A stretch of 64,000 bases of DNA, taken from NCBI GenBank assembly GCA_947166705.1, contig CAMVFE010000002.1, positions 5,695 through 69,694 on the forward strand. The letters are read 5' to 3'. Shown here one piece after another: positions 21,075 through 30,016 of this stretch (positions within the stretch are counted from its first letter, which is position 1; each line of letters begins with the position of its first letter). The position numbers and the translations under genes were made by a program. The notes under the pieces are model-generated. The model searched no databases. It was not told the DNA's origin and saw only the letters and a program-made list of their open reading frames with translations. The stretch is from an uncultured Clostridia bacterium (GTDB lineage Bacteria > Bacillota > Clostridia > Christensenellales > Aristaeellaceae).

Positions 21075-21596
21075 CTATTTTTTCAGGTTTCTGATCAGCT
21101 TCTGCATTTTTCCGGCCAGCGTCTTTGCCTTTTTTTCAGCCACCGCGGCGTCCAGCGCGCCGCTGCGGTAGGTATTGTTCTCCGGATCCCTGCGCACCGC
21201 CTCCCGGAAGGACTGATGCGCGGAATGATACTGCTCCATCCGCATCAGGATTTTCCCCTGGGTATAGTACCAGACCGCGTCCCGCGTCTCCGCTCGGAGC
21301 AGCTGGCGAAGCGCGTTTTCCGGCCGGTCCTTCAGCAGCATGCGCTCCGCCAGCAGGACCGCGTCCTCCCGGGGAATCTCCTGCGTGTAGGCCGCCCGCT
21401 GCCGCGGCGCGGCCAGGCGGAGCGCCTCTTCATAGGCCAGGTTCAGGCGGATCATCCGCTCCTGCGCCTCCTGCTTTTTGGCGGGATCCCGCACCATGTC
21501 GGGATGGCACTGCTTCACCAGGCTGCGGTAGGCGCTGCGGATTTCATCCGGATCCGCCCAGGCGCGAAGACCCAGCTCCTCAAAGGGGGTACCCAT
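21075..21596 (-). CDS. J-domain protein with TPR region
   Basis: PFEELGL...IRSAYRSLVKQCHPD...LNLAYE; TPR 'AVWYYTQG...AVRRDPEN'. Confidence 0.85.
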   Translation of the reverse strand: MGTPFEELGLRAWADPDEIRSAYRSLVKQCHPDMVRDPAKKQEAQERMIRLNLAYEEALRLAAPRQRAAYTQEIPREDAVLLAERMLLKDRPENALRQLLRAETRDAVWYYTQGKILMRMEQYHSAHQSFREAVRRDPENNTYRSGALDAAVAEKKAKTLAGKMQKLIRNLKK

Positions 21597-21611
21597 CTTC
21601 CGCCTCTCCTC

Positions 21612-22880
21612 TTACAGCCCGGTCTCCCGGCTGATCTCCGCCCCCAGGGAGCGGAGTTTGTCCTCAATATGCTCATAGCCCCGGTCGATATATCCGGGCT
21701 CATAGATTTCCGTAACGCCCCGGGCCATCAGCCCGGCGATGATCAGCGCCGCGCCCGCGCGCAGGTCGGTAGCCGTCAGCGGCGCGCCGTAAAGCTCCGG
21801 CACGCCTTCAATGATCGCCGTCCTGTCCATGACCCGGACCTGCGCGCCCATGCGGCGCATCTCGTCCAGGTGCCGGAAGCGCTGCTCAAAAATGGTCTCC
21901 TCCACGTAGCTGGTCCCCTTCACCCGGGTCAGCAGCGCGCTCATCGGCTGCTGCAGATCCGTCGGGAAGCCGGGATAGACCTGGGTTTTGATATTGATCG
22001 CCCGCTTCGGCCCCGCCGAGCGGACACGGATCGCGTCGTCATAGTCGTTGACCCGCACGCCCATCTCCAGCAGCTTGGCGCTCAGGGCGTCCATATGCGT
22101 CGGAATGCAGCCCTTGACCGTCACGTCCCCGCTGGTGGCGGCGGCGGCGATCATCAGCGTCCCGGTCTCGATCTGGTCCGGAATCACCGCGTAGGTCGTA
22201 CTGTGAAGGTACTGAACCCCGCGGATCCGGATGATATCCGTGCCGGCGCCCTTGATCCGGGCGCCCATGCTGTTCAGGAAGTTGGCCAGGTCCACGATGT
22301 GGGGTTCCTTGGCGGCGTTGTAGATCGTCGTCTTCCCCCGGGCCTTGGCGGCGGCCAGCATCACGTTCACCGTGGCGCCCACCGTCACCATGTCGAAAAA
22401 GACATCCCCGCCCGTCAGGTCCTCGCTGTACGCCCGCAGGATTCCCCGGCGTTCCTCCGCCTCCGCGCCGATGGCCTGCATCCCCTTGAGATGCTGGTCC
22501 ACCGGCCGGCTGCCGATGTCGCAGCCGCCGGGCGTGGGCACGTTGGCGCGCCCGCAGCGGCCCAGCAGGGCGCCCAGCAGGTAGTAGCTCGCCCGCAGGC
22601 GCTGGGCGTTGCGGTAGGAAACCGTATCCCCCTCCGCGGTGCGGGGATCCACCCGCATCACGCCGCCGGGCTCGTAGTCCACCTTCGCCCCCAGCTCCCG
22701 CAGGATATCGGCCAGGGCGTGCACGTCCTCGATGTCAGGAAGGTTCTCAATGGTGCAGGGTTCGTCGCACAGCAGCGAAGCCGGAATCAGGGCCACGGCG
22801 GTATTCTTCCCCCCGCTGACCTGAACCACGCCTTCCAGGGGATTCCCCCCCGTAATCAGCATCCGTTCCTTCCCGGGCAT
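21612..22880 (-). CDS. murA: UDP-N-acetylglucosamine 1-carboxyvinyltransferase
   Basis: SGGKN, LRASYY, PGGCDIGSRPVDQH, PDQIETG, YPGFPTDLQ, TDLRAGA. Confidence 0.95.
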   Translation of the reverse strand: MPGKERMLITGGNPLEGVVQVSGGKNTAVALIPASLLCDEPCTIENLPDIEDVHALADILRELGAKVDYEPGGVMRVDPRTAEGDTVSYRNAQRLRASYYLLGALLGRCGRANVPTPGGCDIGSRPVDQHLKGMQAIGAEAEERRGILRAYSEDLTGGDVFFDMVTVGATVNVMLAAAKARGKTTIYNAAKEPHIVDLANFLNSMGARIKGAGTDIIRIRGVQYLHSTTYAVIPDQIETGTLMIAAAATSGDVTVKGCIPTHMDALSAKLLEMGVRVNDYDDAIRVRSAGPKRAINIKTQVYPGFPTDLQQPMSALLTRVKGTSYVEETIFEQRFRHLDEMRRMGAQVRVMDRTAIIEGVPELYGAPLTATDLRAGAALIIAGLMARGVTEIYEPGYIDRGYEHIEDKLRSLGAEISRETGL

Positions 22881-22915
22881 CCTCGCACCTCCCTGTTTTC
22901 CGCTGCTTTGGAAAT

Positions 22916-22944
22916 ATTATACACGTTTCCCCCTTTCCTGACAA
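22916..22944 (-). promoter_or_regulatory. Sigma-A promoter for murA operon
   Basis: Minus strand TTGTCA-17bp-TATAAT. Confidence 0.7.
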
Positions 22945-22980
22945 GCTTTCACGCCTCCGGCACCCTGGGGCCCGCCGGCG

Positions 22981-23009
22981 TTGAAAGTTCCCCGCCTTTC
23001 TGCTATATT
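22981..23009 (+). promoter_or_regulatory. Sigma-A promoter for GTPase gene
   Basis: TTGAAA-17bp-TATATT with TGn extension; divergent from murA promoter. Confidence 0.65.
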
Positions 23010-23067
23010 GGAAAAAACGAAACGGCCGCGGGCCGTTTTACCCTCAGCAGGGAAGGAGGCGGGCGCC

Positions 23068-25752
23068 GTGGCGGCGGAAAAGCATCTGATTCTCGGCCTG
23101 CTGGCCCACGTGGACGCCGGAAAGACCACCCTGTCCGAAGCCATGCTCTATACCGCCGGCCAGCTGCGAAAGCTCGGCCGGGTGGACCACGGGGATTCCT
23201 TTCTGGACACGGACGCCCAGGAGCGGGAGCGGGGCATCACAATCTTCTCCAAGCAGGCGGAGTTCACCTGGAAGGATCTGCGCCTCACGCTGATGGATAC
23301 CCCCGGGCACGTGGATTTTTCCAGCGAAATGGAACGGACCCTCAGCGTGCTGGACGCGGCGGTGCTGGTCATCAGCGGCGCCGACGGCGTTCAGGGGCAT
23401 ACGGAGACCCTCTGGCGCCTGCTGAAGTCCTACCGCGTTCCGACGCTGCTCTTCGTCAATAAGATGGATCAGCCCGGCACGGACCGGGCCGCCCTGATGC
23501 GTTCGCTGAAGGCCCGGCTGGGGGACGGCTGCGTCGATCTGAGCGCGCCGGGCGCCCTGGAGGAAGCCTCCCTGGCCTCCGAGGAGGCGATGGAAACCTA
23601 CCTGCGGGAGGGAAGCCTGCCCCCCGGCATGCTCGCGGAGCTGACGGCCCGGCGGGCGCTCTTCCCCTGCTTTTTCGGAAGCGCCCTGAAGCTGAAGGGC
23701 ATCGGGGCGCTGCTGGACGGCATCCGGGAGCTGGTTCCGGCCCCGGCCTTTTCCGGGGATTTCGGCGCCCGGATCTATAAGATCAGCCACGACCCGCAGG
23801 GCGCGCGGCTGACGTGGATGAAAATCACGGGAGGCGTTCTGAAGGTCAGGACCGCCCTCCCCTCCGGCGATACTTCCGAAAAGATCAACCAGATCCGCCT
23901 CTACAGCGGGGCCAGGTACCGCCTGGCGGACGAGGCGGCCGCGGGCGAGGTCTGCGCGGTCACGGGTCTCACCGCCGCCCGGGCGGGAGAAGGGCTCGGC
24001 CGGGAGCCGCACTCCCCGGAGCCGCTGCTCTCGCCGGTCTTCACCTATCAGGTGCTGCTCCCCGCCGGGTCGGATCCCGCGTCCGCGCTGCAGCAGCTCC
24101 GCGTGCTGGAGGAGGAGGATCCCCAGCTGCACGTGGTCTGGAACGCCGAGAAACGCGAGATCCATGTCCAGCTCATGGGCGAGGTGCAGCTGGAGATTCT
24201 CCGCCGCCTGCTGCGCGACCGTTTCCGCCTCGAGGCCGCCTTCAGCGAGGGCAGCATCCTCTACCGGGAAACCATCGCCGCGCCGGCGGAGGGCGTCGGC
24301 CATTACGAGCCTCTGCGGCATTACGCCGAGGTTCACCTGCTGCTGGAGCCCGGCGCGCGCGGGAGCGGCCTGCGTTTTGCCTCCGCCGTCAGCACGGACG
24401 ACCTGGCGCTGAACTGGCAGCGCCTGATTCTGACGCACCTGATGGAAAAAACACACCTGGGCGTCCTCACCGGCTCGCCCGTCACGGACCTGAAGATCAC
24501 CCTCACCGCCGGACGGGCGCACCTGAAGCATACGGAGGGCGGCGATTTCCGCCAGGCCACCTGGCGGGCGGTCCGTCAGGGCCTGATGCAGGCGGAAAGC
24601 GTGCTGCTCGAGCCCTGGTACGATCTCCGGCTGGAGGTGCCCGCGGACTGCGTCGGCCGCGCCATGACCGACATCAGCCAGATGGGCGGAACGCTGGAAG
24701 GGCCGGAATCCCTGGGGGAAAACGCCCTCCTGACGGGCAGCGCGCCGGTGGCCGCGCTGCGGGGCTATGCCCGGGAGGTCATGAACTATACCCGCGGCCA
24801 GGGCCGCCTGACCTGCACTCTGCGGGGCTACGCGCCCTGCCGGAACCCGGAGGAGGTCATCGCCGCCCGCGGCTATGATCCGGAACGGGATACCGCCAAC
24901 CCGGCGGATTCCGTCTTCTGCTCCCACGGCGCCGGTTTCGTGGTTCCCTGGCGGGAGGTTTCCCGCTTCATGCACCTGCATCCCTCCTCCCCGGGCGGAG
25001 CCTCCGGAGCTTCCGCCCCCTCCCCCGCCCCGGCCGCGCCCGCCGCGGGCTCCGCCGCCGCTTACCGGGGGATGGTTCAGCAGGAAAAGGAGCTGCAGGC
25101 CATCTTTGAACGGACCTACGGAAAGCCGAAGCCCCGGGCCGCGGAGGCGCAGGGCCGGCAGCCCACCGTGAACGGCCGGCCGGTCCCGGCGGTGAGGACC
25201 GCCCCGGCCGCGCCCGCCGAGCCCAGGACGGAATACCTGCTGGTGGACGGCTACAACATCATTTTCGCCTGGCCGGACCTGCAGGAGCTTGCCCGCCACA
25301 GCCTGGAGGACGCCCGAAAGAGCCTGATCGATATCCTCTGCAACTTCCACGGCGTCCACCCGGGCGAGCTGATTCTGGTCTTTGACGCCTACCGCGTCCA
25401 GGGCAGCCACGGCGCCCGGGAGGAAATCGGCGGCATCCACGTGGTCTACACCCGGGAAGCGGAAACCGCCGACAACTATATTGAGCGGACCATCCGTTCC
25501 ATCGCCCGGAAGAAGGACAGCGAGGTCCGCGTCGCGACATCCGACGGGCTGGAGCAGGTCATCATCCTCGGCGGCGGCGCCGCCCGGGTCTCCGCCCGGG
25601 AATTTCGCCGCGAGGTGGAGCAGACCCGGGTGGAAATCGCTTCCATCCTGGAGCGGAACAACCTCCATCCCCGGGAAACCTCCGCCGTCGCCCTGGCGCT
25701 CCAGGCCGCCCTGCGCAGGGCGGCTCCCCCGGAGGAGGCCGGGGAGGCCTGA
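23068..25752 (+). CDS. EF-G/TetM-like translational GTPase fused to C-terminal NYN (YacP/Rae1-type) RNase domain
   Basis: GTG start after GAAGGAGG; G1 AHVDAGKT, G2 RGITI, G3 DTPGH, G4 NKMD; EF-G domains II-V; C-terminal LLVDGYN...VFDA...ETADNYIE...VATSDGLEQ. Confidence 0.88.
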   Translation: MAAEKHLILGLLAHVDAGKTTLSEAMLYTAGQLRKLGRVDHGDSFLDTDAQERERGITIFSKQAEFTWKDLRLTLMDTPGHVDFSSEMERTLSVLDAAVLVISGADGVQGHTETLWRLLKSYRVPTLLFVNKMDQPGTDRAALMRSLKARLGDGCVDLSAPGALEEASLASEEAMETYLREGSLPPGMLAELTARRALFPCFFGSALKLKGIGALLDGIRELVPAPAFSGDFGARIYKISHDPQGARLTWMKITGGVLKVRTALPSGDTSEKINQIRLYSGARYRLADEAAAGEVCAVTGLTAARAGEGLGREPHSPEPLLSPVFTYQVLLPAGSDPASALQQLRVLEEEDPQLHVVWNAEKREIHVQLMGEVQLEILRRLLRDRFRLEAAFSEGSILYRETIAAPAEGVGHYEPLRHYAEVHLLLEPGARGSGLRFASAVSTDDLALNWQRLILTHLMEKTHLGVLTGSPVTDLKITLTAGRAHLKHTEGGDFRQATWRAVRQGLMQAESVLLEPWYDLRLEVPADCVGRAMTDISQMGGTLEGPESLGENALLTGSAPVAALRGYAREVMNYTRGQGRLTCTLRGYAPCRNPEEVIAARGYDPERDTANPADSVFCSHGAGFVVPWREVSRFMHLHPSSPGGASGASAPSPAPAAPAAGSAAAYRGMVQQEKELQAIFERTYGKPKPRAAEAQGRQPTVNGRPVPAVRTAPAAPAEPRTEYLLVDGYNIIFAWPDLQELARHSLEDARKSLIDILCNFHGVHPGELILVFDAYRVQGSHGAREEIGGIHVVYTREAETADNYIERTIRSIARKKDSEVRVATSDGLEQVIILGGGAARVSAREFRREVEQTRVEIASILERNNLHPRETSAVALALQAALRRAAPPEEAGEA

Positions 25753-25836
25753 CGCCGCGGGCCGCCCGGAAAGCTTTCCGGCTTTTTTCTCAGACGAAAA
25801 CGCCCTGCCGTCAGGCAGGGCGTCGTCCATGGGTTC

Positions 25837-26316
25837 TTATCCGTTTCTGCGTTTCAGGATTTCTCCGTATACAAATCCCTTCACAACCTCGTTTCCCGTC
25901 CAGCCCAGGTCCAGGCCTCCGGAGGCTTCCTTTCTTTCCTCCTCCCGGAACCTGACATGCGGCGCGGCGGGCTTCATGTCGTCATGGCAGGGATCGTCGC
26001 CTTCCCCGGTGTCCGCGGAGAGGCTGCCGACGGGCATCGCCCGGTAGTCGTCATGGCAGGGATCGGTTCCCTCCTCCGGCGATACCGGCAGGCTTCCCGT
26101 CAGGCTGCCCCGGTCCGGCTCAGGACGGGGCGGCGTCACGCCGCCTCGGGCCTCGGGAGCCTTCCCGGCCGTCTGCGCGGCGCCGCCCGCGCCCACCTGC
26201 CGGGGCGGGGTCGGGCGGGCGCCCTTGGTGTTCTTTCCGCCCTTTTTGCCCCTGCTCAGGCCGGTAAAGGCCCAGACCAGCAGCACAATCAGCAGCGGAA
26301 CCAGTCTTTCGTTCAT
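25837..26316 (-). CDS. Membrane-anchored hypothetical protein in YqfB-like position
   Basis: RBS GGAGGTG; N-terminal TM, disordered middle with 2x EG.DPCHDD, C-terminal GFVYGEIL. Confidence 0.7.
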   Translation of the reverse strand: MNERLVPLLIVLLVWAFTGLSRGKKGGKNTKGARPTPPRQVGAGGAAQTAGKAPEARGGVTPPRPEPDRGSLTGSLPVSPEEGTDPCHDDYRAMPVGSLSADTGEGDDPCHDDMKPAAPHVRFREEERKEASGGLDLGWTGNEVVKGFVYGEILKRRNG

Positions 26317-26337
26317 GGGGCTTTCACCTCCCGGGGC

Positions 26338-27339
26338 TTACTTCTTCGCCTGTTCGCCGGGGGCCGCCTGAGGCGCGCTCGCCTTGGCGATGGACTCCCT
26401 CATCTCCGTGTCCGCGATGGTGTTCTTCATGTTGTAATAATCCAGTACGCCCATCTTGCCTTCACGCAGCGCGGTCGCCATGGCCTTCGGCACCTCCGCC
26501 TCCGCCTCGACCACCTTCGCGCGCATCTCCTGGACGGATGCCTTCATTTCCTGCTCGCGGGCCACAGCCATGGCGCGCCGCTCCTCCGCCTTCGCCTGCG
26601 CGATGCGGCGGTCCGCCTCGGCCTGGTCCATCTGCAGCTGGGCGCCGACGTTCCGGCCGACGTCCACGTCCGCGATATCGATGGACAGAATCTCATACGC
26701 CGTTCCGGCGTCCAGGCCCTTGCTCAGCACCGTGCGGCTGATCAGGTCCGGGTTTTCCAGCACTTCCTTGTGGGTTTCGGAGGAACCGACCGTGGTAACG
26801 ATGCCTTCGCCGACACGGGCGATGACCGTTTCCTCGCCGGCGCCGCCGACCAGCCGCTCAATGTTGGTCCGCACGGTCACCCGCGCCTTGGCCCGCAGCT
26901 CGATGCCGTCCTTCGCGATGGCGGCGACCACCGGGGTCTCGATGACCTTCGGGGTAACGCTCATCTGCACCGCCTGGAAAACGTCGCGTCCGGCCAGGTC
27001 GATGGCGCAGGCCTTTTCAAAGGCCATCTCGATATTGGCGCGCTGGGCGGCGATCAGGGCGTTGATCACGCGGTCCACATTGCCGCCGGCCAGGTAGTGG
27101 GTTTCCAGCTGGCTGATGTTCAGATCCAGGCCGGCCTTCCGCGCCTTGATCAGCGGGTACACCAGGCGCTGGGGCTGAATCCGGCGGATCCGCATGCCCA
27201 CCAGCGTGCCGATGGAGATGTGCACGCCGCTGGCCAGGGAAGAAATCCACAGGCCCATGGGCACGAAGTGCAGGAAGATCGCCAGCACCACGATCGCCAC
27301 GACCACAATCAGGGGAATCAGTACCATATCCATGTTCAT
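26338..27339 (-). CDS. floA: Flotillin-like protein FloA (YqfA)
   Basis: [44 protein letters not shown]. Confidence 0.93.
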   Translation of the reverse strand: MNMDMVLIPLIVVVAIVVLAIFLHFVPMGLWISSLASGVHISIGTLVGMRIRRIQPQRLVYPLIKARKAGLDLNISQLETHYLAGGNVDRVINALIAAQRANIEMAFEKACAIDLAGRDVFQAVQMSVTPKVIETPVVAAIAKDGIELRAKARVTVRTNIERLVGGAGEETVIARVGEGIVTTVGSSETHKEVLENPDLISRTVLSKGLDAGTAYEILSIDIADVDVGRNVGAQLQMDQAEADRRIAQAKAEERRAMAVAREQEMKASVQEMRAKVVEAEAEVPKAMATALREGKMGVLDYYNMKNTIADTEMRESIAKASAPQAAPGEQAKK

Positions 27340-27406
27340 GCCTCCCGTTCAGTCTTATTTTTCTCCGGCTCCGCTGCGCGGAGCCGTTTTTCTCTTTCCT
27401 TCCGTC

Positions 27407-27898
27407 TCAGGCTTTCCGGACGACCACGTGGTCCCCCTCCGTGCCCAGGACGAGTACCCGCGCGCCCTTCTCAATCAGGTCCCCGGCGCTGGCGGCGTTG
27501 ACCTTCTTCCCGTCAATTTCCACCGTGCCGCCCGGCCGAAGGGCGGAAACCGCGGTTCCCTCCCGGTTCAGATAAACGGCCAGCGCGTCGGCGGCCTTCT
27601 CCGGCACGGGAATTTCCGCGTCCCTGAGCACCAGGTCGCTCCGGCTGAGCCTTCCCCGCATGATGCTCCGGTAGGACAGCCAGACCGCAAGCCCGATCAC
27701 CAGCAGGATCGCCGCCGTCAGGATCAGGGCGAAGGTGGTTCCGTGATACGCCCAGGCGATAAAAATCGTGATGATTTCCAGGAAGATTCCCGTGATGCCG
27801 GCCACACCGAACCCGGGCATGAAGGCCTCCGCCATCAGCAGGCCGAAGCCCACCAGCCCGCACAGAATCAGCGGCAGATTACCCGATAAAAACTCCAC
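27407..27898 (-). CDS. Short NfeD family protein
   Basis: GTG start; E.FMPGFGVAG TM region, OB-fold 'EG..VS.LRPGG.V.IDG'. Confidence 0.85.
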   Translation of the reverse strand: MEFLSGNLPLILCGLVGFGLLMAEAFMPGFGVAGITGIFLEIITIFIAWAYHGTTFALILTAAILLVIGLAVWLSYRSIMRGRLSRSDLVLRDAEIPVPEKAADALAVYLNREGTAVSALRPGGTVEIDGKKVNAASAGDLIEKGARVLVLGTEGDHVVVRKA

Positions 27899-28248
27899 AA
27901 GCCTTCCCTCCTTTCCGGGAGGCTTTCCGCCCCCCTTGCTTTCGTACAATCCAATTATAGCCCATTCCTGCCAGAATTATAGCAAAGAATCCGCAAATTA
28001 ACCATCCCTATTTTTCGCCCTGAAATCAACATATTTTTTCTATTCCCGTCCGCGCATCCGCGCCCGGTCCCTGATTCTGTTCCGGAGTGCTTCATCTCCC
28101 CCGGGATTTCTGGTATAATCCCTGACAGGCAGGCGGCGCGCCGCATTCCGCGCAGGCTTCCCCGGCCTGGCGGAAGCGCCTGCGGGAATCTTCGCCGCCG
28201 CGCGTCCACCGCACATTTATTCTGACTGAAGGAGCCTTCCCGAAGCCC

Positions 28249-30015
28249 ATGAAAATGATCTGGAAATACGTCAGCCCCTACCGGTGGTTCATTCTGGCCG
28301 TCATGCTGATCAAGCTGGCGGGCACGGGGACGGAGCTGCTGATTCCCTACGTGCTGGAGCATCTGCTGGATCATGTGGTCCCCTCCTCGCCGGACGGCTG
28401 GACCGTGGCGGCCTGGGGCGGCGCCATGCTGCTGCTGACCGTGGTGACGCGGCTTCTGAACGGCACAGCGAACCGCATGAGCGTCCGCGTCGCCCGGAAC
28501 AGCACCTTCGCGATCCGGCGGGATCTTTTTCACACGGCCCTGAACCTCTCCGGCCGCCAGATGGATCAGGTAGGCCTTCCTTCCCTGATCTCCCGGATGA
28601 CGAGCGATACATACAATGTCCAGAATTTCGTCCGCATGATCCAGACCATGGGGATCCGCGCCCCCATCATGCTGCTGGGCGGCATTGCCATCACCCTGGC
28701 CATGGACAGCGGCCTGGCCCTGATCCTCTGCGTCATGGCGCCGGTCATGATCGTCCTGGTGTCCTTCGTCTCCTGGAAGGGCATTCCCCTCTACGATGAG
28801 GTACAGCGGCGGATGGATACCCTGGTCCGCATCATGCGGGAAAACATCACCGGCATCCGCGTCGTCAAGGCCCTGAGCAAGGAAGCCCGGGAGCGGCGCC
28901 GCTACGCGGACGCCAACGCCGCCATGGCGCGCCAGGAGGTCAGGGCCAGCGTAATCATGAGCCTGCCGGGACCGATCGTGACCCTTTTCCTGAATGTCGG
29001 GCTGACGCTGGTCGTGATCGTCGGCGCGCGCCGGGTCAACGACGGCCAGACCGCACCGGGCGTCATCCTGGCCTTTCTGACCTATTTCAACATGATTCTC
29101 ATGGGCGTCATGGGGCTGAACCGCATCTTCATGATGATGTCCAAGGCCAACGCCTCCGCCGGCCGGATTCATGAGGTGATCCTCCTGCCGGAGGACCTGG
29201 TGCCGGTTCCGGAGCATCTGGCCGCCCCCGCGCCGGAGGAGGGCGAGCTGATCTTTGACCGCGTCACCTTCAGCTATGACGCGGACGCCGCCGGAGAATC
29301 CCGCGGACAGTTCCTGGGCGAGGAGCGGCAGCAGTGCCTGAAGGAGATCTCCTTCCGGGTCCGGAAGGGCGGAAGCCTGGGCATCATCGGCGCGACCGGC
29401 AGCGGAAAAACCAGCATCGTCAACCTGATGATGCGCTTTTATGACCCACAGGAGGGGCATATCTTCGTTTCCGGGAAGGATGTCCGGACCTATGACCGGG
29501 ATACCCTGCACCGGAAATTCGGCGTCGTGTTCCAGAACGACGCGATCTTCGCCGATACCATCCGGGAGAACGTGGTCTTCGGCCGGGAGGTCAGCGACGG
29601 CATGCTCCGCCGGGCTGCCCGGGATGCCATGGCGCTGGACTTTATCGAAGCCTATGAGGATGATTACGACCACGCGGCCGCCATCCACGGCGCCAATTTC
29701 TCCGGAGGGCAGAAGCAGCGCCTGCTGATCGCCCGGGCCCTGGCCGCCGATCCCGAAATCCTGATTCTGGACGACGCCTCCTCCGCCCTGGATTACCGGA
29801 CGGACGCCGAGCTGCGCCGGGCCATCCGGGAGCATCACGGAAACGCCACCACCGTCGTCATCGCCCAGCGCGTGTCCTCCATCCTGGCCCTGGACGAGAT
29901 CATCGTCCTGCACGAAGGCCGAATGATCGGCCGGGGAACCCACGAGGAGCTGCTGGCCTCCTGCCCCGTCTATCAGGACATCTACCGGACTCAGATGAGC
30001 GAGGAGGTGGCGTAG
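28249..30015 (+). CDS. Heterodimeric ABC exporter subunit A (degenerate site)
   Basis: TMD+NBD; GATGSGKT, FSGGQKQR, ILDDASSALD (D replaces catalytic E). Confidence 0.9.
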   Translation: MKMIWKYVSPYRWFILAVMLIKLAGTGTELLIPYVLEHLLDHVVPSSPDGWTVAAWGGAMLLLTVVTRLLNGTANRMSVRVARNSTFAIRRDLFHTALNLSGRQMDQVGLPSLISRMTSDTYNVQNFVRMIQTMGIRAPIMLLGGIAITLAMDSGLALILCVMAPVMIVLVSFVSWKGIPLYDEVQRRMDTLVRIMRENITGIRVVKALSKEARERRRYADANAAMARQEVRASVIMSLPGPIVTLFLNVGLTLVVIVGARRVNDGQTAPGVILAFLTYFNMILMGVMGLNRIFMMMSKANASAGRIHEVILLPEDLVPVPEHLAAPAPEEGELIFDRVTFSYDADAAGESRGQFLGEERQQCLKEISFRVRKGGSLGIIGATGSGKTSIVNLMMRFYDPQEGHIFVSGKDVRTYDRDTLHRKFGVVFQNDAIFADTIRENVVFGREVSDGMLRRAARDAMALDFIEAYEDDYDHAAAIHGANFSGGQKQRLLIARALAADPEILILDDASSALDYRTDAELRRAIREHHGNATTVVIAQRVSSILALDEIIVLHEGRMIGRGTHEELLASCPVYQDIYRTQMSEEVA

Positions 30016-30016
30016 G

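Noticed and set aside
22981-23067. TTG start at 22981 in the ORF track
   Set aside because: Coincides with the -35 box; GTG at 23068 has a strong RBS
23068-25752. Calling the GTPase a tet(M/O/W) resistance gene
   Set aside because: Lacks the domain IV YSPVST loop, has a NYN fusion, host-like GC and no mobile context
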